The translations under genes were made by a program, and so were the position numbers. A stretch of 52,515 nt of DNA, from the NCBI GenBank assembly GCA_016195095.1, contig JACQAE010000073.1, positions 1 through 52,515 on the forward strand. The letters run 5' to 3'. This document shows, one piece after another, positions 34,851 through 44,126 of this stretch; position 1 is the first letter of the stretch; each line of letters opens with the position of its first letter. This stretch comes from Pseudomonadota bacterium. GTDB lineage: Bacteria > Pseudomonadota > Alphaproteobacteria > Rhizobiales > Xanthobacteraceae. Under the pieces are notes generated by a model. That model was not told the DNA's origin and did not search any database. It saw only the letters and a list, made by a program, of their open reading frames with translations.

Positions 34851-35627
34851 CTAGTTCCTGCTGCCGACGCCGGCGCGCACGTTGAGCCCGCGCGAGGCGA
34901 GGTGACTTCGCAATTTGATCGGACTGTGGTCGGTAAACAGGAACATCGAGGAAATCGCCACGGCGGACGCGCCGCTTTCCAGGGCATCAATCGCGTGTTG
35001 CAGTGAACCGCAACCACCGGAAACAATCAGTGGAACACCGAGGCGTCCCGCCAGCAGGTGAATCATGTCGAGGTCGTAGCCGTCCATCGTGCCGTCGCGG
35101 TCGATCGATCCAAGCAAAATCTCCCCGCAATGCAAATCCTGGCACCGCAGCGCCCATTCGACGGGATCAAGCGGCACGCGCTCGCGCCCACCGTCGATGA
35201 AGACGTTGCAGTGGCGCGGACCGACCTTGCGATAGTCAATCGACACGGTCATGCATTGATCCCCGAAAATTCGCGCGGCCTCGCGCACGAATTGCGGTCG
35301 GCGCACGGCTTGCGAATTCACCGACACCTTGTCGGCCCCCGCGCGCAACAACGCGGCAACGTCGTCGGGCGTTCGCACGCCGCCACCGACCGTAAACGGC
35401 ATGAATATCTCTTCCGACATGCGCTCGATGACATCGACGACGCGCGCGCGCGATGCCTCGCTCGGCACGATATCGAGAACGATCAGTTCGTCGACGCCAT
35501 AATCGTTGTACACCTTCGCGGTCGTGACCGGATTTCCCGCCATGCGTTCATTCTCGAAAAAGCGGACATACTTGACCAGCCGTCCGTCGCGCAGCAGGAA
35601 CTTGGGGATCAGACGCTTTTTCAGCAT
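34851..35627 (-). CDS. hisF: Imidazole glycerol phosphate synthase cyclase-subunit paralog (HisF/WbuZ-like)
   Basis: MLKKRLIPKFLLRDGRLVKYVRF..., VGGGVRTPDDVAALLRAGADKVSVNS, PLIVSGGCGS. The location inside a glycan locus points to the sugar-amidination paralog rather than the histidine-pathway enzyme. Confidence 0.85.
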   Translation of the reverse strand: MLKKRLIPKFLLRDGRLVKYVRFFENERMAGNPVTTAKVYNDYGVDELIVLDIVPSEASRARVVDVIERMSEEIFMPFTVGGGVRTPDDVAALLRAGADKVSVNSQAVRRPQFVREAARIFGDQCMTVSIDYRKVGPRHCNVFIDGGRERVPLDPVEWALRCQDLHCGEILLGSIDRDGTMDGYDLDMIHLLAGRLGVPLIVSGGCGSLQHAIDALESGASAVAISSMFLFTDHSPIKLRSHLASRGLNVRAGVGSRN

Positions 35628-35636
35628 CGGCGCGCG

Positions 35637-36287
35637 TCAGGGATTCCAGCGCAGAAAATTGCCGAGCAATTCGATACCGCTGTCCTGGCTCTTTTCCGGG
35701 TGGAATTGCGTCGCGACGATATGATCGCGCGCGACAATGGCGGTGATTGATTGGCCGTACTGCGCGCATCCCACCACATCGCGCTCGTCGTTGCAGTGCA
35801 TGGAAAAACTGTGGACGAAATAGAATGCGAGATTGCCTGGCCGGATCGCGGCCAGGGCCGGATGCTCGCGCATCTTGCTCACCGTGTTCCAGCCCATATG
35901 CGGTATCTTGAGTTCCGGGTCGTTGGGGCGAATGCGCCTTATGTCGGCGTCGAGCCAGCCAAGACCGCGGTGCGGCTCGCCATCGTCGGCGTGCTCCTCG
36001 GAGGCGCGGGCGAGCAGTTGCATGCCGAGACACACGGCAAGGAAGGGCTTGCCCTTCTCGCGCACCACACGCTCAAGCACGTCGTCAAGGCCGCGCGCGC
36101 GCAACTTCGCCATCGCGTCGCCGAAGGCGCCAACGCCCGGCAGGATCACGTGCGAGGCGTCCTCGATGGCCGCCCGATCCTGCGAAATGACGGGATCGAA
36201 CCCGCAATATTCAACGGCATTGCGTACCGAGCGAATATTGTTGATGCCGTAATCGACGATTGCAACGTGTAACATGTTCGACGGCAT
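35637..36287 (-). CDS. hisH: Glutamine amidotransferase subunit paralog (HisH/WbuY-like)
   Basis: VAIVDYGINN, the catalytic Cys in FLAVCLGMQLL, and ATQFHPEKS. Confidence 0.85.
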   Translation of the reverse strand: MPSNMLHVAIVDYGINNIRSVRNAVEYCGFDPVISQDRAAIEDASHVILPGVGAFGDAMAKLRARGLDDVLERVVREKGKPFLAVCLGMQLLARASEEHADDGEPHRGLGWLDADIRRIRPNDPELKIPHMGWNTVSKMREHPALAAIRPGNLAFYFVHSFSMHCNDERDVVGCAQYGQSITAIVARDHIVATQFHPEKSQDSGIELLGNFLRWNP

Positions 36288-36289
36288 TT

Positions 36290-37084
36290 CTACTCAACGT
36301 AAGGGCGAATAAAAGCCGAAAGATTCCTGTTGGCGATATTCTGCCTGACCTGCTCGGGCGACGGCCTCCGACTTAGATATTCGCGCGCCACCTCGTCGTG
36401 AAAATCAACGTTTTTCGTATACCGCATTTCCCGCGAGCGATCCTGCGGCACAGGCGGTTGATCGAATAGCGTTCCATTCTTAATGTGATGACACATCGCA
36501 TTCTGTACGACATCGACCGACACCATCCCTAGCACAAAAGGATCGATCGCTTGGGCACGTGGCAAGGCGTGAAGAAGAATTGGTCCGTTGTCGAGACCCT
36601 TTGTAATCATGTGAATGGTGCCGAAAATGTAGTCCGGCCGCCCGTCGTAAGCAGCCCAGAAGTTACAGGAGTTTCCTCGATAATACGGTGAGGCGCCCAT
36701 ATGGATATTAACCGCACGGTTGGCGATCAGAATCTCAGCCAGCGGTCCCTTAAGGAAGCTCGCACCAAAAACCACATAATAGTCTGATTGAAGCGCGGGT
36801 TCTAGCGCGGTGACGTCGATGTCGTTCAAGTCACCCAGGAATAAAGCTAGCGACCGACAGTTTTTTGGCGGCATCGCAATGTCACCGAACACCCGTTTCT
36901 CGGCCGCACGGACGTGAGAAAAATATTCCTCCATGATCGGTGAAGCGACATAAAAGTCCTTTTTCTTGCCGGGAAACAATGTCGTACATTCTTGGACGGC
37001 AAATACTTCGCTAGCGATCGCCGACAGCTTCTCGATAAGACGGAAATGACGCGGCTGATTACTGGTAAAGACTGTAATTTTCAT
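36290..37084 (-). CDS. Formyltransferase-domain protein
   Basis: NIHMGASPYYRGNS and HMITKGLDNGPIL match the N..H...P.YRG and H....D.G catalytic motifs of the Fmt/PurN/ArnA formyltransferase fold. The gene is visibly more AT-rich than its flanks. Confidence 0.7.
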   Translation of the reverse strand: MKITVFTSNQPRHFRLIEKLSAIASEVFAVQECTTLFPGKKKDFYVASPIMEEYFSHVRAAEKRVFGDIAMPPKNCRSLALFLGDLNDIDVTALEPALQSDYYVVFGASFLKGPLAEILIANRAVNIHMGASPYYRGNSCNFWAAYDGRPDYIFGTIHMITKGLDNGPILLHALPRAQAIDPFVLGMVSVDVVQNAMCHHIKNGTLFDQPPVPQDRSREMRYTKNVDFHDEVAREYLSRRPSPEQVRQNIANRNLSAFIRPYVE

Positions 37085-38079
37085 TTCTTCATTTCGAATC
37101 TGAGAACGGCATGGTCGATGCGCGGCAATTCAAGACTCGAATAACGCGCCTGCCCAGCATCTGACCGAAATCCTATCTTAATTCCCAATTCCCGCAATAT
37201 CCCCAATGTGGACGGAGTGTACGAACCGCAGGGGTGAGACATCGCGATTGGCTTCTCCCGTAAGATTTCAAATAATGTCGCGGCATTTGCCTCATATTCC
37301 AGCGCCTGCGCGTCGTGAGGCAGGTCGGACAATTGCGTTGGATGTGTCTGGGAATGCAGGCCGATGATATGTCCCCGGCGGTGCAGATCCGCAATTTCGG
37401 CAGGCCCCATCAATACGTTCTGTGCAATCTGCCGTGGTTCAAAACCCTGCTTTGCGAGCATGTCGTCCATAATGCGGAAATAGCGCTCACGTCCAAACAA
37501 CGCATCCCGACTTTGCCTGAACCGACAATCGTTCAAACTGTAGTATGTGGGATAAAACGAAAAATTTGATCGGTCGAATTCGTCGAGCCATTGGGTGACG
37601 GTATCGCCATATCGTTCGATCGCCGCAGCAAAAAATTCCGCATAGAAGTCCTCAATATCGGCAAAATTCACCGTTCGAAAATGCCGATAGATCTCGATCC
37701 GCGGCAAAGTGCCGTCAGCAGCGAATCCTGTGTAAACGAACCAGAATGCCGTCAGTCCGTAATGAGCAAGCACCGGGCTTGCAACGTCGTACTGGCAACG
37801 GAGGTTATCGTCGAATGTCAGACAAATCTGATCGGGCTTGATGCGATCTTGTAGATATCCCGCCAGCCAATCGTTCGCGGACAAAATGCGACCCGGCCCA
37901 AGCCAATTGATAAGGCCGGCAAGCTCGTCAGCCGATATCGCACCTTGGCCCCGCGGATGCCGGCTGTCGCAAAAATGATGAAACATCACCGCGGGCGCAA
38001 CATTCGGACTCAATTCAGCCGAGCCTCGCAAACGCGTCCATGCGTTCACCCGATTTTCGTTCCAGGATGATTCGTCCAC
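37081..38079 (-). CDS. Polysaccharide deacetylase (CE4 / NodB-homology domain)
   Basis: ICLTFDDNLRCQYD (TFDD motif) and IGLHSQTHP (His motif). ATGA overlap with the formyltransferase start. The N-terminus overlaps the preceding gene by 34 nt, so the start is uncertain. Confidence 0.75.
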   Translation of the reverse strand: MDESSWNENRVNAWTRLRGSAELSPNVAPAVMFHHFCDSRHPRGQGAISADELAGLINWLGPGRILSANDWLAGYLQDRIKPDQICLTFDDNLRCQYDVASPVLAHYGLTAFWFVYTGFAADGTLPRIEIYRHFRTVNFADIEDFYAEFFAAAIERYGDTVTQWLDEFDRSNFSFYPTYYSLNDCRFRQSRDALFGRERYFRIMDDMLAKQGFEPRQIAQNVLMGPAEIADLHRRGHIIGLHSQTHPTQLSDLPHDAQALEYEANAATLFEILREKPIAMSHPCGSYTPSTLGILRELGIKIGFRSDAGQARYSSLELPRIDHAVLRFEMKK

Positions 38080-39227
38080 GGAACCGCCGTCCGATCCCAG
38101 GTATCCATGTCAGGCATGACGCGGCCCTGCTCGATATTGTTTTGTGAAAACTGCCACGGACTAACCTCATGCTGGGTCGCGATCTCGATGAACTCCTGCT
38201 CCGAGATGCGCAAATAGTCCAACAACAAATCGAGGCTCGGCGGCCGCTTGCCGTCGTACTGCCGGACCAGCTTCTCGCCTTCCTCGCGCGACAGACGCTT
38301 GTTGCGAATATCGATATTGACCAGGTGGTTGGTGCGCCCCATGCCGCGCTTGATGTATTTGAGATAATCGCGCACGCCCTGGAAGAAACATTCGATCTTC
38401 TCATAGTCGTATTCCGGTGGAATTCCCTCGACCTCCTGTCCCTTCCAGCCAAGCTCGCGCTTGATGATCTCGACGTGCTTCTTGGTATCCCACTTGATAT
38501 AGCTGCCGAGGCAGATGGAACGGCACTTGATGCGCATGAGGTCCTTGCGCGGCGGATAGGCGAACGGATAAAGGTCGCGCTTGGCCACGCGGCCGCCAAG
38601 AAACTCGTACATGTCGTCGGCGGTAATGCCGAGATTCATTACGCGATTGAACCGCTTCTCGTCGACTTCCTCCATCTCGTCATAGGAATAGAACGACTGG
38701 TATTCGGCGAGACTTTCGCCCCAGATCAGCAGCGGCGTCTGGTAGCGAATGGCGATCTGCATCGTATGGGCGTAAATGCCGGTATGGCAGTGCCAGCAGA
38801 AATCGCCGCGCCGCTTGAGCGATTCCAGCATCAGCTCGCGCACGACATGCCAGTTCGGCGTGAAGTTGAGCACGTCGACGCCGAGAAGTTTGAACACGCG
38901 TGTGTTGTTTTTCTCGATTAGCGGCCGATAGAACCAATGGTCGAAACGCACCACCAGCGGCTTGAGGCCGAGCTTGCGCACCACGTACCATAGCTGGAAC
39001 ACGCTGTCCTTGCCGCCGGAATAGGGCACGATACAATCATAAAGGTCCTTGTCTCGGTGCTGAGCGACGAGTTCCTGAAGCTGGCGCGCGCGCTCTTCCC
39101 AGTCGATTTGCGTATCGCGTACCTCGATCTGCCGGCAAACGCTGCACGTTCCGGTCGCGTCGAAGGTCGTCGCCTCCGCCGTCTCCGGCAGCATGCAATT
39201 GCTACAGCTCAACATCGGACATCTCAC
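38046..39227 (-). CDS. N-acetyl sugar amidotransferase (PP-loop ATP pyrophosphatase; WbuX/WbpG/PseA family)
   Basis: N-terminal Cys-rich CSNCMLPETAEATTFDATGTCSVC, then the PP-loop VPYSGGKDS, then ...CWHCHTGIYAHT.... Confidence 0.85.
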   Translation of the reverse strand: MRCPMLSCSNCMLPETAEATTFDATGTCSVCRQIEVRDTQIDWEERARQLQELVAQHRDKDLYDCIVPYSGGKDSVFQLWYVVRKLGLKPLVVRFDHWFYRPLIEKNNTRVFKLLGVDVLNFTPNWHVVRELMLESLKRRGDFCWHCHTGIYAHTMQIAIRYQTPLLIWGESLAEYQSFYSYDEMEEVDEKRFNRVMNLGITADDMYEFLGGRVAKRDLYPFAYPPRKDLMRIKCRSICLGSYIKWDTKKHVEIIKRELGWKGQEVEGIPPEYDYEKIECFFQGVRDYLKYIKRGMGRTNHLVNIDIRNKRLSREEGEKLVRQYDGKRPPSLDLLLDYLRISEQEFIEIATQHEVSPWQFSQNNIEQGRVMPDMDTWDRTAVPWTNHPGTKIG

Positions 39228-39250
39228 TTTTCTCGAAATTCACCAAAGAC

Positions 39251-40066
39251 CTACCACGCCGTCCAGCCGCCATCGACGGCCAAGCATTGGCCGGTGACAT
39301 AGGCCGACAAGTCACTCGCCAAATAGGCAATAGCCCCCTTCATATCCTCCTCGCGCGCCATCCGCGCAAGGGGTGTGCGCGCCACGTAGCGGCTCAGGAA
39401 TGGCTCTGCGGTGTTGCGGTAGACGCCCCCCGGCGCGACGGCGTTGACGCGGATATGCGGCGCCAGCGTCGTGGCGAGCCAGCGCGTCATCTGCATAAGC
39501 CCGCCCTTGCTCGCGGCATACGCCGCCGGGTTGCCCATTGCCGTGCCGTCATAAAGTCGCCAGTCGGGCCCCACCAGTCCATAGATCGAGGACACATTGA
39601 CGACACTGCCGTGGCCGGAAGCGCGCAAATCGTCCGCTGCCGCCTGGACCAACAGGAACGGCGCCGTGAGATTGACTTCGAGGGCGCGCCGCCATGTGGC
39701 GCCGGATTGTTGGGCAAAAGGCACCGTCCATCCGTCAAGGCCGCTGGTACCGACGAAGGCGGCGCAATTGACGATCACGTCAATGCGCGAAAAGCGTTCG
39801 CACACGCGGCCGGGAAGCGCGCCGACAGCGGCGCCTTGCTCAAGATCGCAATCGAACGCCGCCGCGCCAACCGACCAACGCTCGATAATTTTTTCGGCGG
39901 CCGCCGACGCGCGGTCGCGGTCGATATCGACGACCGCAATGCTGGCGCCAAGCTCCGCCAGCGCGTGCGCGACCGCGGTTCCGATATGACCGGCGCCGCC
40001 GGTGACAATGGCCACGCGACCTTGCAACGACATGAGCTCGCGCAGCGTGCGCTCGCCGACCGTCAC
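39251..40066 (-). CDS. Short-chain dehydrogenase/reductase (PtmA-like position)
   Basis: VAIVTGGAGHIGTA (TGxxxxxG) and YAASKGG (YxxxK). Confidence 0.85.
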   Translation of the reverse strand: MTVGERTLRELMSLQGRVAIVTGGAGHIGTAVAHALAELGASIAVVDIDRDRASAAAEKIIERWSVGAAAFDCDLEQGAAVGALPGRVCERFSRIDVIVNCAAFVGTSGLDGWTVPFAQQSGATWRRALEVNLTAPFLLVQAAADDLRASGHGSVVNVSSIYGLVGPDWRLYDGTAMGNPAAYAASKGGLMQMTRWLATTLAPHIRVNAVAPGGVYRNTAEPFLSRYVARTPLARMAREEDMKGAIAYLASDLSAYVTGQCLAVDGGWTAW

Positions 40067-41169
40067 CCGAATACCCTCTGGAATTCGTCGGACGCGCGTT
40101 GCAAATCGTCAAGGCGGCCGACGTCGATCCAATATTCCCGCAATGGAAAGACGACCGAAGTCTTGCCCTTGGCGAGCGCACGTTCGATCAGCGTCGGCAT
40201 GTCCACCGCCTCGTTCGGCGCAACGAAGTCGAGCGCGTCTGGGTCAAGCAGATAGACGCCGGCATTGATAAAGTATTTGTGTGTCGGCTTTTCACGGATA
40301 GCGAGCAGGCGATGGTCGTCGAATTCAACCACGCCGAACGGCACCGTGACCGTATGTTCGCGCACGCAGACGGTGGAGAACGCCTGATGCTCGCCGTGAT
40401 ATTTCAGCATCTGCTCGAAATTGACGGTGGTGAGCAGGTCGCCATTCATCACGAAAAAAGGCCGCGTCGGCCGCTGTGGCATCAGCGAAAGGGCTCCCGC
40501 GGTCCCCAGCCTTTCAGTTTCTCGAAGGTAGTCGATTTCAACGCCCCAGGCCGAGCCATCGCCAAAATAGTCCCGGATCATCTCGGCCTTGTAATTGACA
40601 GAGATAAAAAACTTGCCAAATCCCGCCTTGATGAAACCGGTTAGAACGGTTTCGAGAATTGGCTTGTCGCCAACGCGAATGAGCGGCTTTGGAATTTCGT
40701 CGGTCAGCGGCTTGAGCCTGGTGCCAAATCCGCCCGCCATCAGCACGACCCAGTGGTCGGAATGTGACGGCAGCACGAGGTCGTCGATGAGTTTCACGTC
40801 GACCACCGCGCCCATGCCATCGACAATCGGGAGCTGATGGATCGAATGCCGCCGCATCAAGGCTATGGAGGCCTCGTTGGAAATCCCAACTGGCGCAGTG
40901 ATTGGGTCCGTATTCATGATCTGCCCGACGGGAGCATCGAGGCCGATGCCGCCCAGCAACGCCCGCCGCACGTCGCCATCGGTCAGAGTGCCAACCAGAC
41001 GCTCGTCCCGATGAATGAGCGCAATCTGAGAGCGACTTTGCTCAATCGTCCTGATGGCATCGACGATTGACGTCAATTCCGTCACCCAAATTGATTTCCA
41101 TCTCGATGCCATACCGATGTTTGGACCGCGCTCAAGATTTATGACTAACGGGGACGGCCTGTGGTTCAC
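40063..41169 (-). CDS. CBS-domain sugar-phosphate nucleotidyltransferase (PtmE-like)
   Basis: The N-terminus carries a CBS pair (LVGTLTDGDVRRALL...; IHQLPIVDG), followed by VVLMAGGFGTRLKPLTDEIPKPL (G-x-G-x-R-L nucleotidyltransferase signature). The start may instead be the ATG at 41112. Confidence 0.8.
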   Translation of the reverse strand: MNHRPSPLVINLERGPNIGMASRWKSIWVTELTSIVDAIRTIEQSRSQIALIHRDERLVGTLTDGDVRRALLGGIGLDAPVGQIMNTDPITAPVGISNEASIALMRRHSIHQLPIVDGMGAVVDVKLIDDLVLPSHSDHWVVLMAGGFGTRLKPLTDEIPKPLIRVGDKPILETVLTGFIKAGFGKFFISVNYKAEMIRDYFGDGSAWGVEIDYLRETERLGTAGALSLMPQRPTRPFFVMNGDLLTTVNFEQMLKYHGEHQAFSTVCVREHTVTVPFGVVEFDDHRLLAIREKPTHKYFINAGVYLLDPDALDFVAPNEAVDMPTLIERALAKGKTSVVFPLREYWIDVGRLDDLQRASDEFQRVFG

Positions 41170-41236
41170 TACGGGAAAGCCCGCGATTTTCTCGCTGAAT
41201 CACCACTCAATCCAACGCCTTTTTGCGGTAATGTAT

Positions 41237-41276
41237 CTTCCTAACTTTACACCCGGGACTTCTTAACTTTACACCC
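41237..41276. promoter_or_regulatory. Two 18-bp direct repeats (CTTCYTAACTTTACACCC) spaced 22 bp centre to centre
   Basis: CTTCCTAACTTTACACCC at 41237-41254 and CTTCTTAACTTTACACCC at 41259-41276 (17/18 identical). They lie 68-107 bp upstream of the PtmE-like ATG in an AT-richer 280-bp spacer. Confidence 0.6.
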
Positions 41277-41449
41277 CGCGAATGGTCAAGCCAGGCAGTA
41301 CGCAAGTATCTCCCAATTCCATTAGGGGAAAGACTCCGTGCCATTCTCGCAGAAAATCAAAGCAAGACCAATATAACGACACCATATTCCCATGCGAGCG
41401 CCGTTCGAACACGTTAGACCGAACCACCGGCAAACAGGGGGCGGCACAT

Positions 41450-42370
41450 CTATTTTGCAGCCACGAGAATAAGCGCCCCGTCTCCGTACATCAGTTTGGC
41501 GAGTGGACTGTCGTAATGGTGGTAAAGCGGGGCCAAAATTTTTCGGACGTTTCGGTACGTCGGCTTGCGCGCCACTCGGCGCCAGGAGCTAAACCCGGCC
41601 TCGCCGAGAAGTCCGGCCATCTCCTCGTAACCGTATGTCCTGTAAATTGGGGCTTGCATCCGGTCGCGAACGGTCAGAATGAAGTCCTGCTCCAGAAGAT
41701 TACGCAAGCTTTCAAGGAGCGTGATGCATTGCCGATATGAAGCCGAGCCGTCATCGTCGATCTGCGGGATCAACCAGTCGATTTGTTGCTTGATCCACTC
41801 GGGGGTCATCTCCCTGTCGACTAAAGCCTTAAACGCATCGTTGGTGCGATACTCATCGCGCATCGCATCCATGACGATCCGAGTCATCAGGCCGCCACTG
41901 CCGAGGACTGCAATATTTGCCAAGCCACCTTTCTTAAGGACACGGGCTATTTCGCTAAGTGCCTTCCGGTCGTCATCGACGCTATGAACCACCCCCTGGC
42001 AGAGAACGAAATCGAAGAAATCGTCCTTGTAAGGCAATGCAGCAAGAGTGCCGACATCGAGTTGCCAGCGACCCTGAAAGCCTTGTTCGCTCTCAAGAAC
42101 CCGCGTTGCCGTTGCGGTAAACGAGTTATTCACGTCCATTGCATGGACATATTTTGCGCCGAGATCAAGCAGGTTCGCAGTACCGGGAACCGCGGACCCG
42201 CAACCCAAATCGCCACAAATCCTACTCTTAAAGTAATCCGCCGGGACGCCAAGTTGATCGGCGGTGATGAGGCGCCGGACTCGATTCAGTATGACTGGAT
42301 TGTTAGCCTGCTCGATGTGAATGTTGTCGAACACAGCCCGCGTTTGGTGGTCCAAATGGTCGGTCGTCAT
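41450..42370 (-). CDS. Class I SAM-dependent methyltransferase
   Basis: Motif I is DLGCGSAVPG. Acidic post-I and motif II segments (FDFVLCQGVVHSV) are also present. Start trimmed to MTTDHLD (ATG at 42370) with GGGAGAG 6 nt upstream; the longer ORF would overlap the carbamoyltransferase by 32 nt. Confidence 0.8.
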   Translation of the reverse strand: MTTDHLDHQTRAVFDNIHIEQANNPVILNRVRRLITADQLGVPADYFKSRICGDLGCGSAVPGTANLLDLGAKYVHAMDVNNSFTATATRVLESEQGFQGRWQLDVGTLAALPYKDDFFDFVLCQGVVHSVDDDRKALSEIARVLKKGGLANIAVLGSGGLMTRIVMDAMRDEYRTNDAFKALVDREMTPEWIKQQIDWLIPQIDDDGSASYRQCITLLESLRNLLEQDFILTVRDRMQAPIYRTYGYEEMAGLLGEAGFSSWRRVARKPTYRNVRKILAPLYHHYDSPLAKLMYGDGALILVAAK

Positions 42371-42401
42371 GAAGGCTCTCCCAGTTTCTGCGGGTGCCGA
42401 C

Positions 42402-44126
42402 TTACGCATGCTTTTCAACAATGAACGACCCAAGAACGAGGCTCTCGATGCCGCTGTTGAAAAAAGTCGTCAGAGCATCGTCGGGCGAAAGAACGATCGG
42501 CTCGCCATTGATGTTAAAGGACGTGTTGAGAACGATGGGATAGCCGGTCTTTTCCTCAAACGCTTTGATGACGCTGTAAAAAAACGGATTGTGGTCAGCC
42601 TTCACAGTTTGTACGCGTCCCGATCCGTCGACGTGAGTAATGGCAGGAAGTGCGTCGCGGTATTGGCCACGTACCGAAACAACCTTTTCCATATATGGGG
42701 ATTCGAATCCCTGCGGCACGTCGAAGTATTGAGGTGCCTTCTCGAAGAGAACCGCGGGAGCGAACGGGCGGTAGGATTCGCGATATTTGACGCTGGCGTT
42801 GATGCGGTCTTTGGCATCCTTTCGCCTGGGGTCGGCAAGGATCGAGCGATTGCCAAGGGCTCGCTCGCCAAATTCCATCGGCCCCTGGAATAGCGATACG
42901 ATCCGACCGTTTTCAAGCTGACTCGCAATCGTTTGGTGCACGTTTTCGACGCGACGATGCCGAATGCCTCGACGTCGCAGCGCCGTTGTAATTTCGGCGT
43001 CACTGAATGCAGGTCCGATTTCGCTCGGATTATAGGCGAATTCGCGCGCCGCGCCATGCACGCAATGAGCGATATAAAGGCCGGCCCCGATGCTATTACC
43101 GACATCCGACGGCGCATAGGAAACATACATTTCCCGAAACGGTGTCTTGTCGACGAGCTTGCCGTTAAAGACAGAGTTCATGAAGAAGCCGCCACTCAGC
43201 GCCACCGCGGGACAACGCGTTCGCTCATAGAGGTGCTTTAGAAAATGAACCGCGACATCCTCGGCCACAGATTGCATCGCGCGGCCGACGGCATAATGCC
43301 ATTCTCCGACCTCTTCTCCGGGCCTGCCTACGCGGCCACCAAACAGTTCGACAAACTTCGATGTATAGAGCTTTGGCTGGTCGAGTAGCGCGCCTTTATA
43401 GAAAGACTGGTCCAGCTCAATTGTTCCGTCATCATTGAGACGAATGGTACTGCGGATCGCATCTTCAAATTTCCTGCTATCCGCGTCAAAAGCCGAGAGG
43501 GCCATGACCTTCCACTCGTCGCTGTCGGGGCGGTAGCCAAGAAATTCGGTGAAGGTGGCATAATACATGCCCAATGAATTGGGAATGTGTTGAACCTGCA
43601 GCAACTTGATATCGTTGCCCCGCCCGTGGCTCCACGTAGTGCACTCGAACTCGCCACGCCAGTCGCAGGTCAAGATCGCCGCTTCTTCGAGCGGCGACAA
43701 GAAGAAGGCATTGGCGGCGTGCGCACGGTGATGCTGTAGGTAGTAGATTTGCGGGAGACGGTTCCCGTCGGCGAAGTCCATGCGCACCCAATCAGAGTCG
43801 CCGCGACCGGTCATTTCCATCAGGTTGTCGGGCACGGAGTAGAAATAATCCTCACGCCGGCTACGTTGGCCCGAGATGAGCGGATTGAATTTCTGCCAAC
43901 CGGCTCCGGGGTTCCATGCCTGCACAACGGCCTTGCATTCGTCCAATGCGATGCCGGCCTTGGCAAGACAAAATTCAACGGATTTGCGAGGAAAAGCACG
44001 GGTCAGTTTTTCGCGATTGAACCGCTCTTCGGGGCAGCCGGCGACAAGGCGCCCATTTCTGATCAGAGCGGCCGAAGAATTGACCTCTCCATGACTCAGA
44101 CCCAATATCCATTTATCGGGGGTCAT
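42402..44126 (-). CDS. Carbamoyltransferase (NodU/CmcH family)
   Basis: 574 aa starting ILGLSHGEVNSSAALIRNGRLVAGCPEERFNREK. The C-terminal domain has ...AITHVDGSGRVQTV... and ...VLNTSFNINGEPIV.... AAGGA lies upstream of the ATG. Confidence 0.88.
   Translation of the reverse strand: MTPDKWILGLSHGEVNSSAALIRNGRLVAGCPEERFNREKLTRAFPRKSVEFCLAKAGIALDECKAVVQAWNPGAGWQKFNPLISGQRSRREDYFYSVPDNLMEMTGRGDSDWVRMDFADGNRLPQIYYLQHHRAHAANAFFLSPLEEAAILTCDWRGEFECTTWSHGRGNDIKLLQVQHIPNSLGMYYATFTEFLGYRPDSDEWKVMALSAFDADSRKFEDAIRSTIRLNDDGTIELDQSFYKGALLDQPKLYTSKFVELFGGRVGRPGEEVGEWHYAVGRAMQSVAEDVAVHFLKHLYERTRCPAVALSGGFFMNSVFNGKLVDKTPFREMYVSYAPSDVGNSIGAGLYIAHCVHGAAREFAYNPSEIGPAFSDAEITTALRRRGIRHRRVENVHQTIASQLENGRIVSLFQGPMEFGERALGNRSILADPRRKDAKDRINASVKYRESYRPFAPAVLFEKAPQYFDVPQGFESPYMEKVVSVRGQYRDALPAITHVDGSGRVQTVKADHNPFFYSVIKAFEEKTGYPIVLNTSFNINGEPIVLSPDDALTTFFNSGIESLVLGSFIVEKHA

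Noticed and set aside
34847-35026. N-terminal 60 codons of the 281-aa acyltransferase ORF
   Set aside because: They would overlap the hisF-like gene by 176 nt. The region has no homology-like features, and a GTG at 34846 gives a protein of normal size.
42697-42713. tRNA T-arm-like GGGGATTCGAATCCCTG
   Set aside because: It lies inside the carbamoyltransferase coding sequence. The flanks do not form acceptor, D or anticodon stems, and the match is a chance GATTCGAATC palindrome.
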